Source: Callorhinchus milii (lineage: Eukaryota). From it: 64,000 bases of DNA. This document shows, one piece after another, positions 1 through 14,085 of this stretch; position 1 is the stretch's first letter; every line of letters begins with the position of its first letter. Below the pieces are notes generated by a model that did no database searches, had not been told where the DNA came from, and saw only the letters and a program-made list of their open reading frames with translations. The translations under genes and the position numbers were made by a program. The stretch covers positions 137,332,001 through 137,396,000 of the forward strand of contig NW_024704742.1 of the NCBI RefSeq assembly GCF_018977255.1. Reading direction: 5' to 3'.

Positions 1-537
1 AGTGCTCTCACCACTACACTACGGGACGATGATGTCTGAGAAGGGTGGAGGGGATCAGTCAGCAGCTGCTGAGCCCTGCGTGTGCGTGTGTGCGTGTGTG
101 TGTGTGGTCCGAGATGCTGGGCTAGGCTGAGACATTCCTCCACCCCCCTGTCTGTAAAGCGATCCTTCCATAATAAATTATAGAGCTGCCGGCATCAGTC
201 GCTGGAGATTGTGGCACCCGGTTCCTTTTACACTCGTCTTTCTCTTCGACTTCACGTGACTCCTTCAGAGGAGTAATTTTTGATGAGGGTCTCGCTGTGC
301 GAGAGGCAGCTCCAAGCTGGATATTCAACACGAGAGACAGTCGGTTGTTGCGTTGGAGCTCGCTGACACCCCCCACCCCCTCCTCTCTCTCCCTCTCTCT
401 CTCTTTCTCTCTCTCCCCCACCCTCTCCTTACTCCTTCCCCCATTCTCTGTCTCTCCGCATTCGGAATCCTGGTGTCCTCTGACCATCAGACTCCAGGCG
501 GGCGTCACACCAAGGACCGGCTGGAATCGAGGAGACC

Positions 538-1054
538 ATGGCCCCCAAGAAGAAGAAGCCGCCCAGGAAGGAGGAGAGCGATGGAGTAGAGGGAGAAAAG
601 GAAGAAGTGACCGAGAGACCGAAGGGCAAGAAGGAGAAGAGGAAGGTGTTGGAGGGAGAAGGGGAGGAGGGGGTGAAGAGCAAGAAAGAGAGGAACAACA
701 ACGAGACCAAGCTGAAGGAGAGGAAGAAGAAATCGCGGGACGTCGAGGAGGAGGAGGGGGAGGGAGCCGAGAAGAAAAGGAAAAAGAAGACGAAGGCCAA
801 GGGCTCGGACGAGGAGGAAACTGAGGAGGAGGAAGAGAGAAAGGAGAAAAAGAAGGGGAAAAAGGCCAAGAGAGTTTCGGACGAGAGCGAAGAGGAGAAA
901 AGAGAGAAGAAAAAGGACAAAGGGGATGGCAAGAAGTCAAAGGAGAAGAAAGGCAAGAAGCCCTACAATTACCAGGAGATTTATGAGCAGGAGCTCCTTC
1001 AGTACAAGACACAGTCTTCGGACGAAGATGAGGATCCATATAACAGGAAGAAAG
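538..1054 (+). CDS. LOXHD1: LOXHD1 coding exon 1 (K/E-rich N-terminus)
   Basis: Kozak ACCATGG; MAPKKKK...[13 protein letters not shown] resembles the LOXHD1 N-terminal YEAELLNY motif; donor AAG|gtgagg, phase 1 fits exon 2. Confidence 0.85.
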
Positions 1055-4000
1055 GTGAGGACCGCACTCCTGTCTCCCAGCTCGTCTCCACGATCATGGC
1101 TTCCCGTGGCTTTTGTGTCCGTTCCCTTAATAATAATAATCATAATAATAATAATAATCCTTGCATTTGATACAGCGCCTCATCACATCTTTGAGACATC
1201 TCAAAGCGCTTCACAGAATAGACTGTAAAGCGAATTGACTGTACATTTTGTGGGCAAAACACAGCAGCCAATTGCACACAGTAACGTCCCACAAACAGCT
1301 GTGGATTAAGTGACCAAATTATTATTTTTTTTGAGGGATTATTACCCCCTGAAAGCGATCCGACAATCGACTAACAACCAGATTCCTACTTACTGTTAGG
1401 TAAACAGAGACGTGTGGAGTAAGGAAACTTTGCCTAAGGTTTCTCCCCGCCCGGGAATCAAACCCAGGTTTTCTCGCTTGCGAGGCGAGTGCTGTAACCA
1501 CTACACTAGTATGGATTAATTAATGAATTAATGACCCTCACATTTGATACAGCGCCTTTCACACAGCACAAGGAGGACATCCCAAAGCACTTTGTGGGAT
1601 TTCACTGTAAAGTGTAGTGATCGCATGACTTCTCGGCGAACTGTAAATCACACGGAGGAGGTTCGGGTGAAGAAGGCTGTTTGATCCATCCATTCCCCCC
1701 TCCGCCCCCCATTGCTCTTTCTTAAACAAACCCCAATTTGGGTTTCTGTTTCATAATCAGAAAATCTTCTTAAAAGCTGCATAATATGGAACAAATCTTC
1801 AACCGAGTGTTAACTTGGAATCTGATTTTTTTTATCCGCAGAGAAATCGGCTTCAGAAATTCTCCCCCATTTTAGATGCTATCAGCCTGGCTCGGTGGGT
1901 GGCAGTCCCTTCCTTGATCAAGCCCCCGGTCTAGGCTGACACTCCAGTGTAGTGCCGTCCTTCGGATGAGACGGTAAACGAGGTCCTGTCTGTCTGTTCA
2001 GGTGGTCGCTAAAAATCCCACAGCATCATTTGAAAAGAGACGGGAGTTTCTCTCTCTCTCCTGGTGTCCTGGCCAACAAACCCCCAGATAAAGCTGATCG
2101 TACACATCATGGCTCTCCGTAGGAGACTGCTGTGTGCAAATCGAGCGCCTATAAAATACAGCTGATAAACTTCACAGCATATCCTGTGAAGCGCTTTGAG
2201 ACGTCACTGTATTAAATGTGAGAATTATACTTACTTTATTTCTAAAACAAACTTATTGGGTAAGGCTGGGTGGAATTTCCAAGCCCGAACTGATTGAATC
2301 ATCATTATAATTAACTTTGTTTTTTTTTTAATTGGTTAAAAATCTACATTTGCCTTTTTAATCCCCTGATTTTCTCCAAATCGAGGAAAATTTATTCCCA
2401 TCGTTTAAAAAAAACTCTGCATTGTAAAAATCGTGTCACGAATTTCAAAATTCCGCTTGAAGCCGAACAAAAAACAAAATAAAATAATCCTTGCATTTGA
2501 TATAGGCCTTATTACGCTTTCGAGAGACGTCTCAAAGGGCTTCACGGAATACACTGTAAAACGTAGTGACTATATTTTGTGGGCCAAACGCGGCAGCCAA
2601 TTGCGCACAGCAGCGTCCCACAAACAGTCGTGGGATTGAGTGACCAAATTATTTTTTTGAAGGAATTATTACCCTCGGAGCTAGCAACTGGGTTCCTACT
2701 TACCGCAAGGTAAACCGAGGCGTGCGGAGTAAGGAAACGTGCCCCTCGTCTTCCTCTTCGACCTTACAGCCACCTCCCCCTCCTCCCTGGCTCGGTGGCG
2801 TGCCGCACTAATGTCCAGCACTCTGGGACCCAACCCAGCCCGAGGGGCGCTGTGTAAATGCAAGTTGTTGTTGTTCCAAACTCTCTGGGATGAGGTGAGT
2901 CCCTCAGGGGGGGAGAGAGTCCATAGGAACATATGAACAGGAGGAGGCCATTCAGCCCCTTGAGCCTGTTCCGCCATTCTATAAGATTGTGGCTAATCTG
3001 TACCTCAGTTCCAATTACCCGCCTTTGTCCAATATCCCTTGATGCCCTGACATAACATAAATATTCCAAAAGGGATATTTGTGCGCATCCAAAGGGAAAT
3101 TTCTTTGGGTCTCTTTCGTTTGGAGACTCTCTTGAGTCTGCCTGACCCAAGAATGATTCTTCCATTCTCTCCAGGATCACCCCAACGCCCCCCCCGCGTG
3201 CCACTTCCCAGCCTGGCTCAGTGGTAGTGCTCTCGCCTCGGAGCCAGAAAGTTGTGGGTTCAAACCCTACATCAGGAATTTGAGCTCACAGTCGAGGCTG
3301 TTGCTTTAATACAGTGCTGAGGGGAACACAGCATTGATGTCGGTCCCATCCTTTGGACAAGACCTTAAACCGAGGTCCCGTCTGTGCTTGTTTGAGTGGA
3401 CGTTAACGATCTCCAAAGTTCCCTTGAAAAAGAGAAGGGAGTTTCTCTCTCTCTCTTTCTCTTTCTCTCTCTCTCCCTGTGTCCTGGCCAATAACACCCC
3501 CCTCCCCCAGATAAAATCAGTCGCTCACTCCATGGCTGTTTGTGAGACGCTGCTGTGTGCAAACTGGCACCAGCCCAAAAGAATACACAGCGGCTACACT
3601 TTACAGTAAATCCTGTGAAGCGTTTTGAGATGAGATGTCTCGACGCTGTGATAAGGTGCGATATCAAACGCGAGGATTGTTGTCACCACCCAGCAGAGTA
3701 TCCCCTGTCCCCTCGCTGCATGGCGGCCTCAGGTCCTTGCCACAGGAAGCTGCCGTGAATGGGATTGGAGTGTAAAATATTTAGTGGCTGAGACGGGGTA
3801 TTGATTGCACTGGAAGCACTCAGCATCACACATGATCTGGCGCTCAAACGACACGTGGTACAGAGGTCAGCACAGCCTTTGTTCTCTCTGGACTCGGTGT
3901 AAGGTGCTAAGCGAGGGGAGGGGGAGAGGGGAGATTATAGACCCCCCCGTCTCACTTGCTTTCCTAAATTACTCACGAAATACGGTCAATTCACTTTACA

Positions 4001-7000
4001 GTGTATCCTGTGAAGCGCTTTGAGACGTCTCGACGACGTGATTACGTGATTAGTCCAGCTTTTATTTTATAATGATAATAATCCTGGCATCTGGTACAGC
4101 GCCTTATCACGTCTTCGTGACGTCTCAGAGCGCTTCACAGGATACACTGTAACGTGAATTGACTGTATATTTGTGGGCAAAACGCAGCAGCCAATTGCCC
4201 ACAGCAGCGTCCCAGCAACAGTCGTGGATTGAGTGACCAAGTCATTATGTTATTTTATTTTTTTTCTTGAGGGATTATTATCAGACGTGTGGAGTAAGGA
4301 AACTTGCCCGAGGCGGGAATCGAACCCAGGTCTCTGGCTTGTGAGGCGAGCGCTCTAACCACTGAGCTACAGGACTCCATGAAGATGTCAGCCTGGCTCA
4401 GTGAGAGCGCTCTCTCTCTTCTGAGTCAGAAGGTTGTGCGTCGGGATTGGAAACACATAGTCTAAGATGACACTCCAATGCAGTGATGGGGGGGGTGGGT
4501 GGGGTGTTGCATTGTCAGAGGTGCCGTCCTTTGGTTGAGACATTAAACTGAGGTCCTGTCTGCCTGTTCAGGTGGATGTTAAAGATCCCCACGATCTATT
4601 TGAAAAGAGAAGGGAGTTTCTCTCTCTCTCTTCTGGTGTCCTGGCCAACAATCCCACAAATAACTCTGATGGCTCACTCCACGGCTGTTTGTGGGACGCT
4701 GCTGTGCGTACATTGGCTGCCGTTTTCGCCCACAAAATACACAGTCAATCCACTCTACAATATATTTTATGAAGCGCTTTGAGTCGACTCGACGATGTGA
4801 TAAGGTGCTGTATCAAATGCGTATCATGATTATTATTTTTATTATTATTATTACCTCTTCTGGTCACATCTTGTGGTTCCTTTTGACCATCCTCTAACCT
4901 CCAGCTACTCACTGTCTCCCCCATCAGCCCCTTGTGAGTGCTCCGAGGTTCTGCCTTGCGTGAAGGGCGCTATATAAATGCAAGTTGTTGTTGTCTACTC
5001 ACTGTTTTCCTCCCTCCCCAACCCCCCCACCCCACACACACACACACACACATATCTACTCACCATCTACCTGCTTGCGAGCCAATGATATCAATGGCAA
5101 GCTATGTGGTTTTAGCTGGTTAGACTCCAGCAGTTACCCCCAACTCACACTCTGGGGTCCCCAAGCCTTGGCTCTCACCAACCTGCGCCTAATACTCTCT
5201 GGAATTAGATAAACAGGATGCCTCCCTCCAGGGAGAGAGAGAGTATTCCATTCCAATAATCTATCAGCTTGGTTTGGAGACTCTTGAGCACGTTGATGGG
5301 TTTCCCCATGTGTCGGACACCCGGCTGAGCAAACAGAAGAGTCAACATCTCCTCCCCTGCTCTCACCTCCTCAGTCCCCACTCAAGCCAGTCACTCCATG
5401 CTCTCACTGATCCCTCTTCGCTCTCCCCCCCACCCCCCCAACACGCTCCCCCGCTGCTCTCCCCCATTCCCCACCACCCACCACTCCCCGTTCCCCCCTC
5501 ACCCCCCCACCATTCCCTCCCCCGCTCTCCCCCTTTCCTCTCCAACACCCTCGCTCTCCCCCCCCCACTCCTCTTCCCCCACTTTTTACCCCCTTCTCCC
5601 CCCTCCTTCGGTTTCCCCCCCTCACCCCTCTCCCCCCACAGTGTTCGAGGTGGTGACAGTCACGGGGGATGTGCGAGGGGCCGGCACTGATGCCAACATC
5701 TTCGTCACACTCTTCGGGGTGTTCGGGATCACCCCCAAAGTCCATCTGTCCAGCAAGTAAGTAACAGCCCCTCACACCCACTCCTCCCGGGGCAGGTGTG
5801 TGAGTGTGGGAGTGAGCGTCAATGTGTGTGTGAGTATGTGGGTCAGTGTGTGGATGAGTGTGTGCGAGTGAGTGAGTGTGACTGTGAGTGTGAGCATGAG
5901 TGTATGTGTATGAGTGTGCACGAGCGTGAATGTGAGCATCAGTGTATGTGAGGATGTGTGTGAATGTATCGTGAGTGTGAGTGACAACGAGTGCCAGTGA
6001 GTGGAACCATCGCTCGGTGGGAAGGGACATGGACCTGAGCTGTGGACAGGAAGATGGTGGCAATGCTCTCGCACATTTCATGCTGAGCTGCGTTACGCAC
6101 CGGGAAGCTCACAGGGTGGTCCTGGTACCTGCCAGCCACCCAGTGAGGCTCAAACTTGTGCGTGTCGGTTGTCAAATGACCAACTAGTGACTGTCCTCCT
6201 TGAATGGGGAGATAAGTAGGGGCTCCTTGGAGCTGAGGTAAATCAATGGCTCAGGTCATTGGCAGTTGCTGTCCAACCTTATTTAATTTAATCTGCAACA
6301 CGTACAGTGGAGTCCTGTAGCTCAGTGTTCAGAGCACTCGCCTCGCAACTGAAAGGACCTGGGTTCGATTCCTGGGCAGGCCAAAACCTTAGGCAAGTTT
6401 CCTTCCTCCACTATCCTTTCTACCCCACATCCGTGCCATTACCCGCTCTGCCTTGCCCCACCTCTGCAACATTGCCCGATTCCGCCACTGTCTCACACCG
6501 CAGGCCACCGAAACCCTCATACACGCATTCAATAACATCCAGGCTTAACTATGCAAACTCATTGCTTGTCGGCCTCCCCAACTCCTCCCTCCATAGGCTG
6601 CAGGTCATCCAGAGCTCTGCATCCTGTGTCCTCTCCCGCACCAGGCTCCGTTACCCTACCACCCCCATCCTCACCCTAGTTTACTGACTCCCATCACACC
6701 GAGGATACAGTTCAAGATCCTGGTTCTCACCTTCAAAGCCCTCCATGACCTTGCTCCCCTTTAGCTCTGTAACCTCCTAAACCCCCTACTGTCCTGCTCG
6801 CTCCCTCTGCTCAGCGGGCTCCGGCCTGCTTCCCGTCTCCCGCCTCACATGCCCCACCATTGGCAGGCGAGCCTTCTGCCACTCTGCCCCCACCCTCTGG
6901 AACTCCATCCCACAGTCCCTCTGCCTCATCCCCTCCCTTGCCACCTTCGAGACCTATCTCAAGATCCTCCTCTTTGACCGTGCTTTTGATCACCCTGCTT

Positions 7001-7166
7001 CCCCCCCGCCCTCCCCCCTCCCCAATCAATAGGTACATGGAAAGGAAACATTTGCAGGACTATGGTGTAACAGCGGGGGAGTGGGACTAGTGGGTAGTGG
7101 CACAGACACGATGGGCCTCCTTCTGTGCTGATGATTCCATGGTAAGGCGCTATATCAAACCCAAGG

Positions 7167-7198
<32 letters not shown>

Positions 7199-10100
7199 AG
7201 CTGTCTTCCGGAATGTGTGAAGTGAAGACTTCTGCTTAGCGCAGAGGAGCAAAAGCATTTTGTGGCGACCAGGAATCTTAACCGTAACTTTGTGTTCATC
7301 CCACCTACAGCACCGAGAAGAGGTACCGACTGCTTTTATAGGTTCAGCCCCACCTCAGACCAGGAGAACAATGACTGTGTTTGGCTTTAGTAGAGGTGCC
7401 TGTGTTGGTTTGCCAGAAAATGCATGATGTTCCAGACCTCTTTTGCTATATTTTGTCATCGGGCAGTCAGAGGTTAAAATAGGCGATGTCTCCGCTGTGA
7501 TCTACTCCCTAAGCCCCCCCCCACCCCCCCCCCCAGCCCATCAGAGAACCCCCATACGTGGAGTGGTGCAGTGTAGTGGTCAGCGCATTTGCCTCACAAG
7601 CGAGAGGACCCAGGTTCGATTCCTGGGCAGAGTGAAACCTTAGGCAAGTGTCCTTACTCCACAGGCCTCTGTTGGTGGTTAGTCCATTGGCGAATTGTAA
7701 TAATCCCTCCAAAAACAGACGTGTTAAGGCTCTCTATCAAATGCAAGGATTATTATTATTATGACCAGTCCTCGCCAGACTCCTCGCCCGTATACTCACT
7801 CACTCCAAACTCCGTTCCCGGATCACCCCAGTCCTCGTCAGGCTCCGCTGGCTCCATATCACAGAACGGATCGATTTCGAGATCCTCTCACTCATCTATA
7901 AATCGCTTCATGCTCTGGCACCTCCGTACCTCTCCGACCTCTTACTCCTGGAGCCACTGCCTGCTGGCTCTGGCCTTTTGTTTTGATTCGCCCTCGCCAC
8001 CCCACCCCCCCCCCGCTCCACCAACCGTGGCCACTTCACCCTGAACCTGTGGAACACTCTTCCTAAATCCCTGGCCTTGTCCCCTCCTCCTCTTTTAGAT
8101 CAAGTCTAAATACCTTCCTCTTCGACCCTGCCTGCCGTCACCTCCACCTTTTTCCCCAGCTCGGCATCAGGCTCCGCCACTGTTAGCCACTCCTCCATGC
8201 TATCCTGCATGGATGGCACTGTGTAAGTTCAAGTTGTTGTTGTTTACCTCTCCATGTGTACACACACCCTCCGGAAATCCCTCCGCCTTCCTCCCTCCCT
8301 CCCTCTCCGCTTTCAAAACCCGTCTAAAAGCCTTCCTCTTTGACCGCGCCTTTAGTCGACCCCCTTGTATTCCCCCCCACCGACCCCCCACCCCACCCCA
8401 ATCTCAGCTCCCATTCCATCTTTGTCAAGAGCTTTGAGACGCTCTCCAACATGGGAAGCTTTGCGTTAGTGTGAGTGGCTCTATGTTATTCTCTCCAACC
8501 CAGTGTTCATTCTTCACCACCAGATGGGGATGTTTGCCTTTTTATTTGAGGCAAACGGATCAAAGGGGGATAGAAAAATCATAGGAACTGAGGCACATAG
8601 GAACAGGAGTAGGCCATTCAGCCCGTCAAGCCTGTTCCGCCATTCTATTAGATCATGGCTGATCTGTACTTCAACTCCAATTGAGTGCCTCTTCCCCACC
8701 CACCCTCTCCCAGTGCGGGGCGCTGTATAAATGCAAGTACTGTTGTTGGTGTTGATGTTGATGGTGAGAGTTTAGCTTCTCGTCGGCAAACCATAGGAAA
8801 AAAGATGGAACATCATGAATTTTCAGAGCCTGAGCAGGCTGTGCGGGAGGAGTGTTGGTGTAGAGAGATGTACTGGTCTCTCGACTCTTTTCAAAGCTTC
8901 ACAAACTGCATGGGTTTCCAGACCTCAGTACCACAGCCTTTCAAAGGGACCCCATCCCATCCCATTCAGCCACAACCCCCACTCCTCTGAAGACTGCTGT
9001 GGCCCCTTTAAATCGGGAGCGGGACCTAGGAGTCGGGAGGTTGTGGGTTTGAGCGCCCCCCCCCTCCCCCCCCGCCCCACCCCCACCCCACGTCGGGGGC
9101 TTTGAACTCACAGTCCAGGCTGTGCGCTGTTCATGTGGATGTTGAAGATCCTTTGGGACTAGTGTCCTGACCGATAATTTCCCAGATACAATCATTTGCT
9201 CACTTCGTGGCTGTTTTTTGGGACCTTGCTGTACGCAAATCGGTTGCCCACAAAAATACTACAGTCACTACGCATGACAGTAAGCTCCTGTGAAGCGCTT
9301 TGAGGCATCTCGACGACGTGATAAGGTGGCGTGAGGTTGGTCATGGTGGTAAGAGGATGGAAAGCCATGCAAAATGGAGATGGAACAGATCAGATAACTT
9401 CCTGTTTCCCGGCCACTGGGGAGGGGTGGGGGGCGACATTGGAGAAGACGCAATGATGTTCCTGCTGTTTTATCAACAAACATTTGGACGGAGATGGAGG
9501 AAGTAGGGAGAGGAAGTTAGGGAAGAGGGAGGAGGCGTCTGGAGGCTAATAAAACACTGGAACATCACTCGTCTTCTGTCCTGAGTATCCGAACTTCCCA
9601 CCGCTACCCCCCACCCCAGGCGTGTCTGTCTCTCCTGAGGTTTTTATCCTTTTCCCCCGGGAAGGTAAAATACATGATATTTCAGACCCATTAGTCCTGC
9701 CCATTCTCCTGGGATTCCTGGGAAACGGCCGGGACTTCCCCCGGGAATGGCGGATAAATGGGATGGAACGCCATGTATGGTCTTATTTTTAGTGTTTTGT
9801 TTTGTGGGAAAAGCTTGCGCCGTTCCTGATTTAACGTGGCTGCCTCCCGCTCCCTCTCTCCCTCCCTCCCTCCCTCCTGCCGCAGCCCCCTATTTCCCAG
9901 GTAAGTGGTTCTTTCCTCTTCAGCGGAAGCCATTTTGCTTCAATCAGAAGAGGTCGATTTTTGTAAATCTCGGCCCCCCCCCGGTAAGAACATTACAACT
10001 CTCGCTCTTCCCCATGCCAAACCTTCCGCCCACGAAAGCTCCCTATGTAGAGCCTAAAATTTCCAACATTAAAAGTCATCCGCCTCCGATTGAAAGGAAA

Positions 10101-13100
10101 TGGCAGCCACCAGGAATTGCAGAGGAAGAGCCACCTGACTGCTGCCACCTGGTGGTGATGGTTCGTCGGTTGAGGAACGCCGCAAACTTTACTCCGTGAA
10201 TCTTATGTGATAAGTTTGTGACTTTTGAGATCGATTAGGATTCTTGCGGGATGAGGTTTCCGGGAGGGGGGAGTGAGGCCGCAGAGGAGTTGTGGGCTGG
10301 GGGGGAGGGGAAGGGGAGTGGCGAGGGGGAATGAGTGGGAAGGGAAGTTATGGGGGTAAGGAGAATGGTGGGAGAAGTGGGGCTACTGAGGGGTGGGAGG
10401 TTGGGGAAAGGAAAAGATGAGAGTGACAAGTGGGGGTGTCGGGGGTTCGGAGGTTGAAGTAACTTGTAATGTTTTATAATTACCAGAGAGAATGTGGGCT
10501 ATGAGTTGTCATCGAGTTGACGGGATTGAGGGGGGAAGAGGGGGAGTGGGGGGTAAGATGGGGAGGGGAGGGGAGAGTGTGCTGTGAAGGCTGTGTGAGG
10601 GCTCCAGGCCGCCTGACCCCCCACCTCCCTCTCTGTGTCTCCTCTATTCCAGGAGCAAGACGGCCTTTGAGAAGAACAAGACTGATGTCTTCCGGGTCAA
10701 GACGAACAATGTGGGGTTGCTCCAGAAACTCAGGTGTGTTGTTGCTTTGGTAACGCAATTGGGGAGGGGGCGGGCGGGGGGGGGGTGCAGAACAGTCGCT
10801 GGGGGCAAGGAATCATCCCACTCATCCCACTGTGCTTGGAAGGGCAGAGCAGTCACGAGAGTCTGGGAATCATCCCTCTTAGCTGTTAACAATGCAAACC
10901 AAAGCCCTACCTGGTAGGATGGTCCAAGCAGTGGGAAAGCTGGCCAGACTGCGCTCTGAGCTGGGTAGACTCCAGCAGTTACCCCAACACACGCTCTGAG
11001 GTCCTCAAGCCTTGGCTCTTGCCAACCCGCGCCTAATATTCTCCGGAATTAAGTAAGCGGGATGTGTCCCTCCAGGGAGAGAGAGAGAGGTATCCATTCC
11101 AACAATCTATCTCTGGGATTTCCGTGCGGAGATGGGATGCAGGGAATTCCCAGTTTGGTTTGGAGACTCTTAAGCAACGGTGATGGGTTTCTCCATGTGT
11201 CAGACACCCGGCTGACCGCCCCCCCACCACCCCCCCCAAAAAATAATCTGTATTTTTGGCATGGTATTGCTGTGCTGTTGCGATTGTATCGCTGTGTTGT
11301 TTCCATGGTAACACACGGTGCTGTTGCTTGTTAATGCGGTGTTATTGCCATAGTAACGGCTTCACTTCGCTGTGTTGCCAGGATCGAGCACGACAACACG
11401 GGAATGAACGCCAGCTGGTTCCTGGACCGCGTGGTGGTGACCGAAATGAACCGGCCACATCTGCGCTTCTACTTCCCCTGTAACCAATGGCTGAGCCGCG
11501 AGGAGGGCGATGGACTGCACGTCAGGGACCTCCTGGGCAGCCTCAACCCCATGGATGTGCCCAAACGTGAGTCTGAAACTCTCCATGTTACTCCCACCTT
11601 TCCCAACATAACCCATCCCAACATAACCCAGCCCAACCCCAGCCCAACTCAACCCCAGCCCAACCAAACCCAACCCAACCCCAGCCCAACTGAACCCAGC
11701 CCAACCCAACTCAACCCATCCCAACCCAACCCAAACTCAGCCCAGCCCAACTCAACCCAACCCAACCCAATATCAGCCCAACTAAACCCAGCCCAGCCCA
11801 ACCTAATCTAACCCAGCCCAAACCCAGCCCAACCCAACCCCATCCCAACATAACTCATCCCAACATAACCCATCCCAACATAACCCAACCAAACATAACC
11901 CAACCCAACTCAACCCAACCACAGCCCAGTCCAGCCTAACTGAACCCAGCCCAACCCAACCTAATCTAACCCAGCCCAATCCAACCCATACCCAGCCCAA
12001 TCCCTTCCCAACCCCAGCCCAATCCAAGCGACCCCAGTCCAACCAAACCCCAGATCAACCTAACCCCACCCCAGTCCAACCCAACCCCAGCCCAACCCCA
12101 GCCCAACCCAATCCTAGCCCAGTCCAATCCATCCCAACCCCAGCCCATCCCAACCCCAGCCCAACCCAACCCCAGCCCAACCCAATACAACTCCAACCCA
12201 GCTAACCCAACCCCAACCCAGCCCAACCTAAGCTAACTCAGCCCAGCCTCAGCCCAACCCAACCCTAGCCCAGCCCAACCAAACCCCAACCCAGCTAACC
12301 CAACTCCAACCCAACCCCAGGCCAACCCTAGCCCAGCCCAACCAAATCCCAAGACAGCTAACTCAAACCCAGCCCAACCCAACCTAAGCTAACCCAACCC
12401 AACCCCAGCCCAACCCCAAACTAACCCCAACCCAGCCCAACCTAACCCAGCCCAGCTCAACTCAACCCAGCCCCAGCTCAACTCACCCCAATTCAACCCA
12501 ACCCCAGCCCAACCCAACCCAACCTAACCTAACCCAGCCCAACCGAACTCCAGCCCAGCCCAACCCCAACCCAACCCAGCCCAACCCTGTGTATACTGTG
12601 TATGTATGTTCTGTGGGCACATGTCTCTGCCTGTGGCATATGGGTCTCTAGCATGTCTTTGTGGGCTGTGCATGTCTGTGGTGTACACTCTGTATATATA
12701 GTGTGCGTGTATAGTATGTGTACTGTGCTTGCGTGTGTGCAGTGTGTGAGTGAGGTGTGTGTGTGGTGTGTGTGTGTATGCAGTGCGTTGTGTGCGCATG
12801 TGTGTGTGCGTGCCCTGTGTTCCCCTCCTGTTATCATTGTCGCTGCTGTGGTAAAGCTGTCTCTCTCTCTCTTGCTCTCTCTCCCCAGTAAACAAGTACA
12901 TTGTCAGTGTGTTCACACCCGATATGAAGGGCAGTGGCACAGACGCGGACGTCTTCCTTAACATGTTCGGCGAGAATGGGGACACGGGTAAAACCGTAAC
13001 CATAACCGTGTGCTCCACAGCACCGCCCGCATTTACACGCCTTCACAGCTGTGTGTGTGTGTGTGTGTATCTCTCTCTCTCTCTCTCTCTCTTGCTCATT

Positions 13101-14041
13101 CAAACCATTACGAACCCGTAGCATATTGGTTTAGAGCGCTCGCCTTACAAGCGAGAGGACCCGGGTTCGATTCCAAGCAGAGCGAAACTTTAGGCAAGTT
13201 TCCTTGCTTCACACGCCTCTGTTTACCTAGCGGTAAGTAGGAACCCGTTTGTTAATCAATGAGCGGATCATTTTCCGGGGGTAATAATCCCAATAAAACT
13301 TTCCCAAATTTGGTCACTCATTCCACAGCTGCTTGTGGCACCGTGTTTTGGGTGAGACGTTGACCCGTCTGTGCTCTGTTCAGGCGGACGTTGAAGAGAG
13401 GAAGGGGGTTTCTCTCTGCCCAACAATCCCCCGGATAAATCTATGGGCTGACAGCGAGACCGTGCTGTAAAGTATCCTTTCTCTCACTGTCTCTGTCTTT
13501 CTTTTTCATGCTTTAGCCAGTCTTCTCTCTCCTTTATTTCCCTCTCTCTTTCTTCCCCTCTCTCTCCTCTTTCTCCCTTTCTCTCTCTCTTCCTTTCTCC
13601 ACGTCCCCCCCCAAGCACACGCACCAACACGCTCACACACATACCCACATACACGCACACAAATACACACCCACACATGCACACACACATACGCACACAT
13701 GCGCACTCACTCACACACACACACACATGCCCACGCTCGCACGCCCACACACACACACACACACACACACACGGGTGTGCGCACACATACGTGATGCTGT
13801 GTGTCCCACAGGGGAGAGGCGGCTGGACAATGACAAGAATAACTTTGAGAAAGGCAGCGAGGACAAGTTCACCATCGACTCCCCCAACCTCGGCCGCCTG
13901 CAAAAAATCACCATCGGCCACAACAACAAGGGCTCGTCCGCAGGCTGGTTCCTGGACAAGGTTTGTCATAGAGAGAGAGAGAGAGTGGGAGGGGGAGAGA
14001 AACTGTGTGAGAGGCAGAGGGAGAGAGAGGCAGAGGGAGAG

Positions 14042-14085
<44 letters not shown>

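Noticed and set aside
122..1039. 305-aa and 175-aa minus-strand S/P/F-rich ORFs
   Set aside because: Antisense shadows of the purine-rich LOXHD1 exon 1.
9747..10199. 150-aa ORF with a signal-peptide-like start as an alternative first coding exon
   Set aside because: Splicing at 9900 would be phase 1, but exon 3 needs phase 2; no recognisable homology.
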